Shown here piece by piece: positions 1-9,557 of a stretch of DNA of 64,000 bases. The notes under the pieces were generated by a model. The model was given only the letters and a program-made list of their open reading frames with translations. It was not told the DNA's origin and made no database searches. The position numbers and the translations under genes were made by a program. Positions within the stretch are counted from its first letter, which is position 1; each line of letters begins with the position of its first letter. This DNA comes from Parcubacteria group bacterium (GTDB lineage Bacteria; Patescibacteriota; Minisyncoccia; Minisyncoccales; UBA10102), in the NCBI GenBank assembly GCA_016203945.1, contig JACQLT010000002.1:181336-245335 (forward strand). Direction: 5' to 3'.

Positions 1-369
1 TTCGTTAGAAATTCTCCCGAGAGAGGGGTTTGCTTCCAGAGTTCCGACTATCTCAAACTCATCGATATCCTTTTCGTCCACCAAAATGGTGACCTTGGCG
101 CCCAAAGATACCAGTTTGCACCCCGCGGCTCGTGGCGGAACAATGAGTTTTGCGTTCCTGAGAATGGCTTCGTGTTCACTCAGGCGCACTTCGAGAAGCG
201 AAAGGTCTTCCTGGAATGCGAGGTACTCTGGATTGATTTCTTCTGAATGCAGTACACTCGGCACCTCGCCCCTGGTCTTTGCCTTCTTGAATTCTACGAG
301 AAGCTTGTACTCTTTCTTTATGCGCTCCAGCCCTTCTTTTGTGAGATAGTATGTTGTTTCTGTGGTCAT
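1..369 (-). CDS. greA: transcription elongation factor GreA (3' partial, continues beyond window start)
   Basis: Minus-strand translation from ATG at 367-369 gives MTTETTYYLTKEGLERIKKEYKLLVEFKKAKTRGEV...FQEDLSLLEVRLSEHEAILRNAKLIVPP...GAKVTIL...EFEIVG, a typical GreA N-terminal coiled-coil plus FKBP-like C-domain pattern; no stop before position 1. Not in ORF track because it is open-ended. Confidence 0.7.
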   Translation of the reverse strand, partial: MTTETTYYLTKEGLERIKKEYKLLVEFKKAKTRGEVPSVLHSEEINPEYLAFQEDLSLLEVRLSEHEAILRNAKLIVPPRAAGCKLVSLGAKVTILVDEKDIDEFEIVGTLEANPSLGRISNE

Positions 370-594
370 GGTGTTAAAAAATCTGGCGTGGGGACCAGAT
401 GTATTGATACTCGATGGATTCTTGAGAGAACTATTATTGAGAGTCAATAAATCTGGCTGTATGTGTAAACAAGACAACTTTCGTGGAAATGGGGAACATG
501 ATAAATAATTTGCAGTTCATATGCTTGGGAAATCAACGTAGCAAGAGCAAGAGATGCTGTCAAGGGGCATGATTACCTACCATAAACCCCACAC

Positions 595-1854
595 CTAAAA
601 CAACTGCTTTTGAGGAGTTGATGCTTCTGCCTGCTGCCGCACAATTGATATTTTTCCGTACTCCCCGTCGTATCCCGGCTCAATGCTGACCTTGCCTTCG
701 CGCACCTGTATGATGGCCTGAGCTATTTCCGGAAACGTGGCTGCCTGAAGTTCCCGTGCTTTGGCATCAAGAAGCACGGCGAATTCGTTTCCGAATGCCA
801 AAATGAGCTTTTCGTACTCTGCCCTGCACTGCTTGGCAACGACTCCCATGTGCAGCGCCTCTGCGATGATTTCCTGCAAAGGGATGAGGGACTTAAACGG
901 GATGGCTCCCTTGGGCTTGCCCCCCGTAGATTTATCGAAGGGGGGTCTGTCGGCTAACTCTTCCACCCGGTTGAGCACGCCTATGGTAAGCTCTCTGCCG
1001 CACGCGGGGCAGATGTTGTTCCTCTTGCGCGACTCTGCAGGAGCAAGGCTAACCGAGCAAAGCCGGTGGCCGTCGTAATGGTACTTCCCCTCTTCGGGAA
1101 AGAATTCAATGGTGGAGAGAAACTTCTTGAGGTCTTTGGTCACGATCGCGTCGCGTATCCCCCTATAGCTAAGTTCGACTTCAAATATATTTGCCTCTCT
1201 CCCCATCTTAGCCAAGCTGTGGCAGTCTGAATTGCTGATAAGGGCTATTTTGTCTAACACGGACAGGCGCCAATTCATCGCAGGATCGCTAGAAAGCCCC
1301 GTTTCAATCGCGTGAATATGTTTTGCGTACTCGTCAAAGCATTCTTCAAGCGAATCAAACCCTGACTTTGATCCGAATACGGAAAACCACGGGGTCCAGG
1401 CATGCGCGGGAACAACCAGTGCCTCTGGAGACGCTGCCAGCGCTATCTTCAGTACCTCAGTCGCGTCAATGCCAAGGATTGGACGACCGTCTGACTTGAG
1501 GTTCCCCCGGACACCGAGACGCGCATTGATGTATTCTACTGCCTGGAGCGAAGGAACGAGAAGAAGAAGGTGAATTCTCCTCACCTTTCCTTTCTTTGAG
1601 TATATGCAGCTGATTTCAGAAGAGAACACGAACCTCGTTTCTAAGTCCGATCCCCGCAACTTATACAACCCTTCCTCGGCTGGCTCTAACTTCTCCTGGA
1701 GCTCCTTTAACCACGCGGGGTGCGTGAAGTCGCCCGTGCCGAGAACTTTGATGCCTTTCTTCTTAGCCCAGATACCAAGATTTTCCGGCACCATGTCTTG
1801 AGAGGTGGCTCTCGCGTATTTTGAGTGGATGTGAAAATCGCCGATAAACTTCAT
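595..1854 (-). CDS. PHP-domain metal-dependent phosphoesterase with zinc-ribbon (endonuclease Q-like, TIGR00375-type)
   Basis: N-terminus MKFIGDFHIHSKYARATS (PHP DxHxHS motif); internal HRLCSVSL...ICPACGRELT Cys cluster; size 419 aa like EndoQ/YqxK family; 4-nt overlap with upstream nuclease ORF. Confidence 0.5.
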   Translation of the reverse strand: MKFIGDFHIHSKYARATSQDMVPENLGIWAKKKGIKVLGTGDFTHPAWLKELQEKLEPAEEGLYKLRGSDLETRFVFSSEISCIYSKKGKVRRIHLLLLVPSLQAVEYINARLGVRGNLKSDGRPILGIDATEVLKIALAASPEALVVPAHAWTPWFSVFGSKSGFDSLEECFDEYAKHIHAIETGLSSDPAMNWRLSVLDKIALISNSDCHSLAKMGREANIFEVELSYRGIRDAIVTKDLKKFLSTIEFFPEEGKYHYDGHRLCSVSLAPAESRKRNNICPACGRELTIGVLNRVEELADRPPFDKSTGGKPKGAIPFKSLIPLQEIIAEALHMGVVAKQCRAEYEKLILAFGNEFAVLLDAKARELQAATFPEIAQAIIQVREGKVSIEPGYDGEYGKISIVRQQAEASTPQKQLF

Positions 1855-2597
1855 ACGGCACGACGCTTTGGATAGTTGATGATCTTTCGCAAGTGAATCC
1901 TGTTAGTCCATTCCCAGAGTTCTTTGGCCGCAAAAAAGGCCCGCAGGTCCTGTTCGTATTCCGAGAGTTCCAGGAATTCAAAATCTGCCTTTGGTTGCCC
2001 CCACTGGTGATTGCATATATCCAAGCCACCGTCCAGAAATGAGGAATATCCTCTCCGTCTGCGCCTAGCTTCGCATCCTTCGCATTCCTCATACTGATCA
2101 ATGCGCAATATCCATCTGGCTTCGTATTCGTGGCCGGACGCATTGGCGCTCACCAGGGCGTTGAAGTAAGCGGCTGTCTGAAGAAAGTATTCTCCAACAA
2201 GCTGCTTTCCGGTCTTTATCTCAATGAGGCCCTTCCGGTCTCCTACTTGCGCCACCATGTCCACGGTACCGGCATACGCAAGCTCTTTGTCGTGGACGCG
2301 GCGCTCCACGTCGTGCTCGGGATCCAAAAGTTTCACTTCGTACTCTTGCTGCCAGATCATCAGAGACTCTGCGATAGGGATGAGCCGAGGGTCCTGTTCG
2401 GCATCCGTGGACCCCCGCATCATGCCTCCTACGAATTCGTGCACGTCCGTGCCCCATTCAAGGCGCTCTCGGATTCCTCTCCTACCCCTCATGGCAAACG
2501 GGAACTTAGATATTATGGAGGTGATCGCCGTCACTCGCGGCAACCACATGCCTTCAATCTCGTATCCGAACTTCTGCTTGAATAGATCTATCCCCAT
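1851..2597 (-). CDS. PD-(D/E)XK nuclease superfamily protein (RecB/Cas4-like fold) with C-terminal Cys cluster
   Basis: Motifs GTVDMV (D), LIEIKTGK (E-x-K), QTAAYFNAL (QxxxY) in canonical order; CEGCE...C cluster near C-terminus. Confidence 0.5.
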   Translation of the reverse strand: MGIDLFKQKFGYEIEGMWLPRVTAITSIISKFPFAMRGRRGIRERLEWGTDVHEFVGGMMRGSTDAEQDPRLIPIAESLMIWQQEYEVKLLDPEHDVERRVHDKELAYAGTVDMVAQVGDRKGLIEIKTGKQLVGEYFLQTAAYFNALVSANASGHEYEARWILRIDQYEECEGCEARRRRRGYSSFLDGGLDICNHQWGQPKADFEFLELSEYEQDLRAFFAAKELWEWTNRIHLRKIINYPKRRAV

Positions 2598-2884
2598 CAG
2601 GGTTTCTTGAGAACTATTTTCGCAAGGTTTTCAAGAACGTCGCCTCCCGCGTATCCCGTAACGAGCATGAGGGCGGGAGTGAAGCTTGAGAGTTCCGTTG
2701 CGGCAACCCCAAGCTCTTGCAAGCTGAATGCCGCAGCCAACCCGGCAAGACCTGATATGCCCACCGTAGAAAGAAAATATTCCCAGCTGAACTTCACGTC
2801 TTTATACGAGGCGCGGTGTTTGACGTATCCGACCAACCCTCGCAGCACTCCCCCTGCCAATCCCCAAAGCAAAAATAGTTCCAT
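2597..2884 (-). CDS. small integral membrane protein (2-3 TM), hypothetical
   Basis: 95 aa, hydrophobic segments GLAGGVLRGLVGY / VGISGLAGLAAAFSL / LMLVTGYAGG; 1-nt overlap with downstream nuclease gene suggests operon. Confidence 0.4.
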   Translation of the reverse strand: MELFLLWGLAGGVLRGLVGYVKHRASYKDVKFSWEYFLSTVGISGLAGLAAAFSLQELGVAATELSSFTPALMLVTGYAGGDVLENLAKIVLKKP

Positions 2885-2912
2885 ATGATATATTAAACGT
2901 TAGTGAAATATA

Positions 2913-3704
2913 TCATATAACGATCCCGAGCGCTTCTTTTATTCCCCATCCGATACCAAACGCTACCGCGGATGCCAACCCCCCCACCAGCAGAATTTCA
3001 ATTCCTCCTTTTATGGCGTTACCGCCGGTCACAAAGGTACGGCTCGCGCCGACCACAAAGAAAGCGGAGAGGGACAAGACGGAAGCTGTCAAAAATCGAG
3101 AAGGCACGCCTCCGAAGATATAGGGAATGAGCGGAAGGGCTCCTGCGACAACGAATGCCCCGAAGGTAGCTGCGCCGTGTGCCAACGGAGAACCGGGGGG
3201 AGCCTCCTGGAGCTGCAACTCTTCTTTCATCATGAGATCAATCCACTTTGTCTTGTCGCTGACAATAGATGCGCAGGCCTGCTCAATAAGGTTGCCTGGG
3301 ATTCCCCAGTTGCGCAGAATAGTGCGGATCTCCTCTCGTTCTATTTCCGGGAAATGCTCCACCTCCCACTCTTCCCGCTTTCTCTGCATTGCGATAAAGG
3401 CCCGCTGGCTCCGCAGAGAAAGGAAGTTGGAGGCTGCCATGGAAAATCCGTCTGCCAGGAGGTTCGCGACCCCGAGAATGATGACGATGCCAGGAGCGAG
3501 GGCGGCTCCCGCAGCTCCCGCAACCACGGCAAACGTGGTGACGATGCCGTCGTTTGCTCCGTATACAAAGTCGCCGATATACGTTCCCTGATGAAGCCGA
3601 TGCCAGGTTTCTTCCGCTTTCCGATATTGCCTGTTCTCCACGAGCCCGATGTACCGCTTCTTTTTTGCTTCTTCCGCTTCCAGAAGCTCTGGTATATTTG
3701 TCAT
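2913..3704 (-). CDS. VIT1/CCC1 family (iron/manganese transporter-like) membrane protein
   Basis: [19 protein letters not shown] signature of VIT family; multiple TM segments. Start trimmed from ORF-track 3848 to ATG giving [16 protein letters not shown], removing overlap with upstream ORF. Confidence 0.55.
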   Translation of the reverse strand: MTNIPELLEAEEAKKKRYIGLVENRQYRKAEETWHRLHQGTYIGDFVYGANDGIVTTFAVVAGAAGAALAPGIVIILGVANLLADGFSMAASNFLSLRSQRAFIAMQRKREEWEVEHFPEIEREEIRTILRNWGIPGNLIEQACASIVSDKTKWIDLMMKEELQLQEAPPGSPLAHGAATFGAFVVAGALPLIPYIFGGVPSRFLTASVLSLSAFFVVGASRTFVTGGNAIKGGIEILLVGGLASAVAFGIGWGIKEALGIVI

Positions 3705-3706
3705 GG

Positions 3707-4075
3707 TTAAGAACGCCTCTTTTTGACGACGCTTTTCCAGTCGTCGTAATCTATAATGCCCTGCACGACAATGCCTCCAAGAAACCCGTATATGGCAGAA
3801 GGCACGCCGAATGCCGTCCTGCTGAGCACGAATACAAAGGCGAGGCATCCGAGAAACACGAGCCAGTGGTGAACGTGGATACGATATGATCGCACGTCAA
3901 AAATAAAAGGGTTGCGGATGCGTCCCTGCTGATTGGATTTCTTCCCTGCGACAAAGCCCGCGATCAAGTACCCCATAAACATGCTCAACCCCGCCTCAAG
4001 AGAAATGAGGAGGGGGGTGAGCCAGAATACGACTTTTGGCAATGCGGGCAAGCCCTTTTTTATCGCTTTCTTCAT
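3707..4075 (-). CDS. membrane protein, hypothetical (3 TM)
   Basis: 122 aa hydrophobic ORF; ATGA-type overlap with VIT gene start at 3704-3707. Confidence 0.35.
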   Translation of the reverse strand: MKKAIKKGLPALPKVVFWLTPLLISLEAGLSMFMGYLIAGFVAGKKSNQQGRIRNPFIFDVRSYRIHVHHWLVFLGCLAFVFVLSRTAFGVPSAIYGFLGGIVVQGIIDYDDWKSVVKKRRS

Positions 4076-4130
4076 AGATACCTGTGCCCCAGCATACTCT
4101 CAACTCCCCTGTTTTACAATGCGTCAAACT

Positions 4131-4412
4131 TTAAAAACCGGACTCTCGGATATAAAAATCTTCAAATTCCCCCCGATGCCTCTCCTCTTGAACTTTCACG
4201 TTTTTTACCTTGGCAAAAAACGGGCCTTTCTTTGCCCATGTTAAAAATTCTTGAGTGTTCTTCTCTTCTCCCTCGCAGAGCATCTCCACCCGACCGTCAA
4301 TAAGGTTGCGCGCCCATCCGGTGACGCCCAGCTTCCTGGCTTTTGCCTGGGCAGATCTACGATACCACACGCCCTGAACTCTTCCTGACGCAAAAATGCG
4401 CAACCTGGTCAT
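4131..4412 (-). CDS. acyP: acylphosphatase
   Basis: MTRLRIFASGRVQGVWYRRSAQAKARKLGVTGWARNLIDGRVE matches acylphosphatase signatures (V.G.VQGV.FR, GWV.N..DG.V); start trimmed to internal ATG for ~94 aa product. Confidence 0.65.
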   Translation of the reverse strand: MTRLRIFASGRVQGVWYRRSAQAKARKLGVTGWARNLIDGRVEMLCEGEEKNTQEFLTWAKKGPFFAKVKNVKVQEERHRGEFEDFYIRESGF

Positions 4413-4609
4413 AACAAGCTTTGCTTGATATATCGCATCGCTATGCGCTATTGAAGCCCAAACGCGGAAAGTACAAATGCGCCAAGGGAAACATGGTACC
4501 CCCACAGAGGAAGCGCCTTCTCAAAAAGCGCCCAAAAGCCCAACGCAACTACCCCTGCTACGAAGAAACGCGACTGCAATTCGTCTGACATATAGAAAAC
4601 TATAGAGAA

Positions 4610-5749
4610 TTAAAAAGAAAACGCAAGAGCTGCCGCGCCTCCCAAGACAAGGACAAGAACGATCCCTGCAGGAACCCATCGGGGCAAGCGCACCTCGTAT
4701 TCCGGCTTCAGTTGTCCCTTCTTTCTCGCCCGAAAGAACAGCGCTACGATTACCAGCCCTTCGGTTATCCCAACGATGATACCGACAGCGCTCAATACGG
4801 AAATGAACTCTCGAAATCCCAGCAGATACAAAAAGAGCGGAGCGAGAGAGGCAATGCCTATAGAAAGGATGTTTGGCACGCGCCAGTCGCGCACGAGAGA
4901 GTTCTTCAGATAGCTCCCTATGATTAGGAATGAATCCCCGATTGACACGAGTCCGAAGGCGGCCCCTAGGGCAATGACGCCTGTCCCAAGGAATGGTGCC
5001 AGCCCCGCCAATGCTTCGGGGGAAGTATGCTGTCCTGCAACGCCGACTACGGAAAGAGAAAACAGGAGATATAGCCCGATGGCGGCTGCGGAAGCCGCCA
5101 CAATAAGATTATTAAACCTTAGCTTATCGCGCTTTTTGTAAAATAGCTCGACTATTTCAGGGATCGCGTTCCATCCGATGAGAGAAAACAAAATGACTCC
5201 GAAGGCAATGAACGGATTCGCTCCGGGGGATAGGGGGAGGTTCGCAAACGAAATATGTGGGGCCGCAATGAGAAATATCAAAGCCATTACGAAGAAGAGT
5301 GCCGTGGTTGTGATAAACTCCACGCGAGCGATAAGCCGAATCCCGAATCCTATGAGAAGCGAAAAAGGGAGCCAAAAAAGAATGTGGTGCCACGGGGAGG
5401 GAATGGAAACAAGTGGAGATAGCAGGATCTCAAGAAAATCTCCTCCTATAATTAAAAACGCAAGGAGCGCGCCGACTGTTCCCGCAATCGTGGAGAACGT
5501 GACGAGCGCCTTTGCCCAGGGACCAAGATACAGGTCAGCGTATCCAATGAGCCGATGCTTGCCCGGAGTCCGCAGGCACACCTCCCAAAAAAAGAGGTGA
5601 AGGTACGTGACGCAAATTCCCAGGAGCAAGAAATAAAAGAGGCTGAGAAGAAGCCCGCTCTGAACAATCGCGTACGGAAGCCCGAACATTCCAGCTCCCA
5701 CAATAGTTCCAAGAAGCGTTGCCAACCCAAGCACGGAAGAGTTGTTCAT
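4610..5749 (-). CDS. amino-acid permease, HAAAP/aromatic amino acid permease-like family
   Basis: 379 aa, ~11 TM; N-terminal LGTIVGAGMFGLPYAI resembles TyrP/Mtr/SdaC consensus (IGAGMLALP). Confidence 0.5.
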   Translation of the reverse strand: MNNSSVLGLATLLGTIVGAGMFGLPYAIVQSGLLLSLFYFLLLGICVTYLHLFFWEVCLRTPGKHRLIGYADLYLGPWAKALVTFSTIAGTVGALLAFLIIGGDFLEILLSPLVSIPSPWHHILFWLPFSLLIGFGIRLIARVEFITTTALFFVMALIFLIAAPHISFANLPLSPGANPFIAFGVILFSLIGWNAIPEIVELFYKKRDKLRFNNLIVAASAAAIGLYLLFSLSVVGVAGQHTSPEALAGLAPFLGTGVIALGAAFGLVSIGDSFLIIGSYLKNSLVRDWRVPNILSIGIASLAPLFLYLLGFREFISVLSAVGIIVGITEGLVIVALFFRARKKGQLKPEYEVRLPRWVPAGIVLVLVLGGAAALAFSF

Positions 5750-5833
5750 TTAAGTTTAGTATACCTGGTTTTACTCCCAAAAAAAAACGGAGCGCAAGCA
5801 AGGCGCTCCTTGGGAAATCTATTTAAACAATGC

Positions 5834-6778
5834 TTAGATGACGTGTGTTGGCGCGCGGGTGTAGGCCTGCGTCGTGGAGATGCTGGCGTGGCCCAGCAAC
5901 TCTTGCACGCTGGTTAGCGACGCGCCTCCAGCCAGTTTGTGCTTGGCGAAGGAGTGGCGCAGGGTGTACGCCGTGACGGCGCCCTGGATATTGGCCAGGC
6001 GGGCATAGTCCTTGAGAATAAGCCAGAAGCCCTGGCGCGTTAGCCGCTCGCCGCGGCAGTTGATGAAGAGCGCCCGCGACCGGCGCAAGCGGGTCAAGTC
6101 GGGCCGCGCCTCCACCAGGTAGGCGTGCAGCGCGGCCACGGCCTGCTCGCGGATGGGGAGCAGGCGCTCCTTGCCCTGGCAGTGCACCCACGCCCGGTTA
6201 TTGTGCAACTTAATGGAGTCCAGGTCGAGCGCCACCAGTTCGCTCACGCGCATGCCGGTGCCGTAGAGTAACTCCAGCATGGCCTTGTCGCGCCGGGCCT
6301 TGGGCGTGAGGGCACAGGGCTGTTCCAGTAGTTCTCTCACCTCGGCTACTCTCAGCGCCTTGGGCAACAACTTACCCACGCGCGGGGACGATAACGCCTT
6401 GGCGGGATCGCTCGCCACGACTCCTTTGGCTGTGAGAAACCTGAAGAAGCTTTTCATCACCGTCACTTTGCGCGCTACGGTGGCGTTGGCATAGTCCTTG
6501 CCCTGCATAGTAGAGATGTAGGCCTGCAGGGTCTCGCGGTTGACGTCCTGCCAGCAGGACGTCTCCGCTCCGCGGTAGTCATTGCGGAACTTCTGGAGCT
6601 GGGTTAGATCGCTGCGGTAGGCAAAGATAGTGTTGGGGGCCACTCTCCTTTCCCTAAGCATGAACCCCAGAAACTGCTCTATCGTCGCGTCGCCAAATTC
6701 CAACTCTGCATTGGGCACGTCCATTCTCCTCCCTTGTGTTAGGTGCTGGCACTCAACAGGAATGCCCAACCATATCAA
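5834..6778 (-). CDS. xerC: tyrosine recombinase XerC/XerD family (site-specific integrase)
   Basis: ARRDKAMLELLYGTGMRVSELVALDLDSI, LRHSFAKHKLAGGASLTSVQELLGHASISTTQAYT: canonical R...HxxR...Y catalytic-domain motifs. Gene body is strongly GC-rich (~65-70%) versus ~50% flanks. Confidence 0.85.
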   Translation of the reverse strand: MIWLGIPVECQHLTQGRRMDVPNAELEFGDATIEQFLGFMLRERRVAPNTIFAYRSDLTQLQKFRNDYRGAETSCWQDVNRETLQAYISTMQGKDYANATVARKVTVMKSFFRFLTAKGVVASDPAKALSSPRVGKLLPKALRVAEVRELLEQPCALTPKARRDKAMLELLYGTGMRVSELVALDLDSIKLHNNRAWVHCQGKERLLPIREQAVAALHAYLVEARPDLTRLRRSRALFINCRGERLTRQGFWLILKDYARLANIQGAVTAYTLRHSFAKHKLAGGASLTSVQELLGHASISTTQAYTRAPTHVI

Positions 6779-6793
6779 AGAGTCCGAAGGGTG

Positions 6794-7111
6794 TCAATAA
6801 AAACCTGTTTTGAACACGCGATATCCTTCGCGCACCTGTTTTGTCACCTTCACCCCAACCTCCTGCCGCTTTTTAACGGCTACGATCTTCTTGTGGTCTT
6901 TCTCTATGGAACCGAGCGTCTGAGAGAACGATTTTCCTCCTCCTTCAAACCGAACTCTATCGCCCTTCTTTACCGGAACAGAAAACTTTACTACCGCAAC
7001 TTTGATCTTGTCGTAGTAATGAATAACTTTGCCCACGAGCTTGTCTTTCTGCTTCTTTTGACTAGCTCTTTTTACAGCAACCTTCTTTTTTGCCTTTTTC
7101 TTTGTCTCCAT
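6794..7111 (-). CDS. small Lys-rich protein with translation-factor domain-II-like beta-barrel
   Basis: METKKKAKKKVAVKRASQKKQKDK tail followed by GKVIHYYDKIKVAVVKFSVPVKKGDRVRFEGGGKSFSQTLGSIE...EVGVKV resembling EF-Tu/IF2 domain 2 pattern; function unknown. Confidence 0.35.
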   Translation of the reverse strand: METKKKAKKKVAVKRASQKKQKDKLVGKVIHYYDKIKVAVVKFSVPVKKGDRVRFEGGGKSFSQTLGSIEKDHKKIVAVKKRQEVGVKVTKQVREGYRVFKTGFY

Positions 7112-7150
7112 ATGGTTCTAGTATGGGGCGAACTTTCAATATGTGATATG

Positions 7151-7222
7151 TGTCCCCATCCAGACTCGAACTGGAATTTCAGCCTTCGGAGGGCTGCGCT
7201 CTATCCATTGAGCTATAAGGAC
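7151..7222 (-). tRNA. tRNA-Arg (anticodon CCG)
   Basis: Manual cloverleaf: acceptor GTCCTTA/TGGGGAC (two G-U), D arm GCTC-AATGGATA-GAGC, anticodon stem CAGCC/GGCTG loop CTCCGAA, T arm TCCAG-TTCGAGT-CTGGA. Confidence 0.75.
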
Positions 7223-7224
7223 AT

Positions 7225-8169
7225 TTATTTATTTCGCGAAACTCGAAACAAACCGCCGGCCTGGACGATTTCAGCGCCCTGTTTTGCAATCTCGTCTAAG
7301 ATGAGGTTCATGCCGATGGAATCAGAAGACATATGGCCTGCCACCACCACGTTTACATGAGCGGCTTCCGCTTCTTTTTTGTGGTCTTCTGAAATGTGCA
7401 TGCCAACGACGGTGCCGATGCCTGCCTGCGCCATACGCTCATAGATCTTTGGGGGGCCCTCTGTCCCTCCGGTCATATCCACGAGAACCTTGCCGCACCT
7501 GTTTTCCGGGCTTCCCGTAAAGATGCGGGGAGCGACTCCGAGCCGCTCTGCCTGCTGGTATTCTCCAATGCCAGAAAGAATCTCCATGAGATCTTCCACG
7601 CGCTCAGGGTTTCCTTTTGTAATCGCGTCACGCACAAACGAAGCAGAAATATTGTCGGCTGCGGTATGAATACACATGAGGTTGATTCCCAAAAGCTTTG
7701 CCGCGTCTACCGTTCTCCAGTGATTCCTTGGATTGATGCCTCGCGCAACCTCAGAAGTCCTCTCTTTCATCATGCCCTCTCCCACGTTGATGGGAACGCC
7801 GTACTGATGAAAAATATCTGCCTGCAATTCCATGACTTCGTGCATGTCTGCCAAAGCTCTTCCCATGGGGTGGTGGGAAATGACCAAATCAATATCTCCC
7901 AATTCCTTTGCGAGCAGGATCTCTCCCACTTCAATATCAATGCCGCACATCACTTTCTTGATTTCTCGGTCGTCCGCAACATGAAGAACCCTGGTGTCCG
8001 AATACGGGTTCGTGAGGGATTCTGCGTCAAACTCCGCTTTCTCGTGGCCGGAAAGCTTTTCGTACTTCTGCTTCCTGCGCTCTAAAAGCTTGGCAACGTA
8101 TTCGTTGCTGCGGAAATCAGCGTCAATCCCCATCTGGACGGCCTTCTTGTAGATGTCCGATATCTTCAT
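7225..8169 (-). CDS. Nif3-like dinuclear metal center protein (YqfO/YbgI family)
   Basis: DREIKKVMCGIDI...DLVISHHPM, CIHTAADN, VVAGHMSSD match NIF3 motifs (DREVKK..., ITHHP, AHTNLD, GHYASE). Confidence 0.5.
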   Translation of the reverse strand: MKISDIYKKAVQMGIDADFRSNEYVAKLLERRKQKYEKLSGHEKAEFDAESLTNPYSDTRVLHVADDREIKKVMCGIDIEVGEILLAKELGDIDLVISHHPMGRALADMHEVMELQADIFHQYGVPINVGEGMMKERTSEVARGINPRNHWRTVDAAKLLGINLMCIHTAADNISASFVRDAITKGNPERVEDLMEILSGIGEYQQAERLGVAPRIFTGSPENRCGKVLVDMTGGTEGPPKIYERMAQAGIGTVVGMHISEDHKKEAEAAHVNVVVAGHMSSDSIGMNLILDEIAKQGAEIVQAGGLFRVSRNK

Positions 8170-8179
8170 GTTGCTCTTT

Positions 8180-9550
8180 TTACCCTATGTGACCTGTTTT
8201 GTCCAGCTCTTCTTTTACAACTTCTCTGTCGTCCCATGGAGTTTTCTTCCCTTTGGCCCAGGCAATGGAGTCTTCGGAGCCCTTGCCGGTGATGACTATT
8301 GTGTCGCCGACCTCTGCTCGTTGAAGAGCTGCTGCTATCGCCTCTCTCCTGTCCGGAATTTTTAATACCGCGGATTTATGCGGATACTGCTGACTGATAT
8401 ATTCTGCTCCTGCGATGACTTCATCAATGATTTTTTGAGGGTCCTCGTCGTACGGGTCTTCGTTGGTGACAATGACGACGTCGCAATAAGTTCCGGCCAG
8501 CTTGCCGAGAATGGGGCGCTTCCATGCGTCTCTTCCCCCTCCCGCGGCTCCCAGTACGCAGATGAGTTTTCCATTGGAGGTTTTTGCTTGCAGGCGCTGC
8601 CGCAGCGTTTTGTATACTTTTTCTAAGGCGTCTGGCGTAAACGCGTAGTCAACGATTACTTCAACGGGCTCTGTTGCAACCTGCTCCATCCTTCCTGGCA
8701 CCTTCTCAATGCTCTCTAATGCCTTTTTGCATGTCTGCATGTTTACGCCCTGCGACAGCGCCGTGCAGATTGCCGCCAGCGCGTTTGAAACATTGAATGT
8801 TCCCAAAAGATTGAGGTGGAATTCTGTATCTCCAACAGAAAACCGCACCCCACTTGCCTGCCGCTCAGGTAGGCCTCTCTCGTCTGCAGAAAGCGTTGCC
8901 TCCACAATCCGGAGAACTTCTTCTCCTGCCTGCCTCGCCGAGTCAAGGCGGGCAATGGATGTGCGAGAGCGCAATCCTGGAATCCTGTATCCAAAAATAG
9001 TCTGTGCGCTGAACTGCAGAAAATATTCCGCGTGTTCGTCATCAAGATTTATCACGTGCACCTCTTTGGCCGCTTGGAATAATCTTCCCTTGGCTTCGCG
9101 GTATTTCTCAAATGATCCGTGGCGCTCGATATGCTCCGGGCTCAAATTGGTGAATACCGCGGTGTGAAAATTAATGAACCTATGGCGGTGCTGTAAAATG
9201 CCCTCGGAAGTTATTTCCAGCACGGCGTGCGTGCAGCCCTGTTTCACGGCCTGGCACAAGAATCGCTGCAGGAAGAAGCGCCCGGGCATGGTCATCTTTA
9301 GGGTGTTGCGCTGGTCTTTGCCCGCAACACGAAATCGCACAGAAGAAAGGGAGGCGGTTTTCTTCCCTTCCTGTTCTAGGATGCGAGAAATCATTTCTAC
9401 GGTTGTTGACTTTCCGTTGGTGCCCGTCACCCCGATCACCACGAGCTTTCTTGAGGGGAATCCGTATATGAGAGCTGCGACAAGGGCGAGGCAGAAATGA
9501 TACCAATCTATCAAAAATTTCGGCGCTAATCTTCTTGCGAGATTCAGCAT
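8180..9550 (-). CDS. murE: UDP-N-acetylmuramoyl-tripeptide synthetase (Mur ligase, MurE-type)
   Basis: GVTGTNGKSTTVEMISRIL P-loop of Mur ligases; DYAFTPDALEKV (MurE DYAHTPDAL motif). Confidence 0.65.
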   Translation of the reverse strand: MLNLARRLAPKFLIDWYHFCLALVAALIYGFPSRKLVVIGVTGTNGKSTTVEMISRILEQEGKKTASLSSVRFRVAGKDQRNTLKMTMPGRFFLQRFLCQAVKQGCTHAVLEITSEGILQHRHRFINFHTAVFTNLSPEHIERHGSFEKYREAKGRLFQAAKEVHVINLDDEHAEYFLQFSAQTIFGYRIPGLRSRTSIARLDSARQAGEEVLRIVEATLSADERGLPERQASGVRFSVGDTEFHLNLLGTFNVSNALAAICTALSQGVNMQTCKKALESIEKVPGRMEQVATEPVEVIVDYAFTPDALEKVYKTLRQRLQAKTSNGKLICVLGAAGGGRDAWKRPILGKLAGTYCDVVIVTNEDPYDEDPQKIIDEVIAGAEYISQQYPHKSAVLKIPDRREAIAAALQRAEVGDTIVITGKGSEDSIAWAKGKKTPWDDREVVKEELDKTGHIG

Positions 9551-9557
9551 AGGGCTT

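Noticed and set aside
86-450. Plus-strand ORFs 86-349 and 247-450 from the ORF track
   Set aside because: They are antisense to the clearly recognisable greA reading frame on the minus strand (1-369); no motifs, low-complexity Ser/Arg-rich translation.
6743-7360. 205-aa plus-strand ORF spanning the tRNA-Arg(CCG) region
   Set aside because: Overlaps a tRNA gene and the 3' ends of two minus-strand genes; hydrophobic low-complexity translation.
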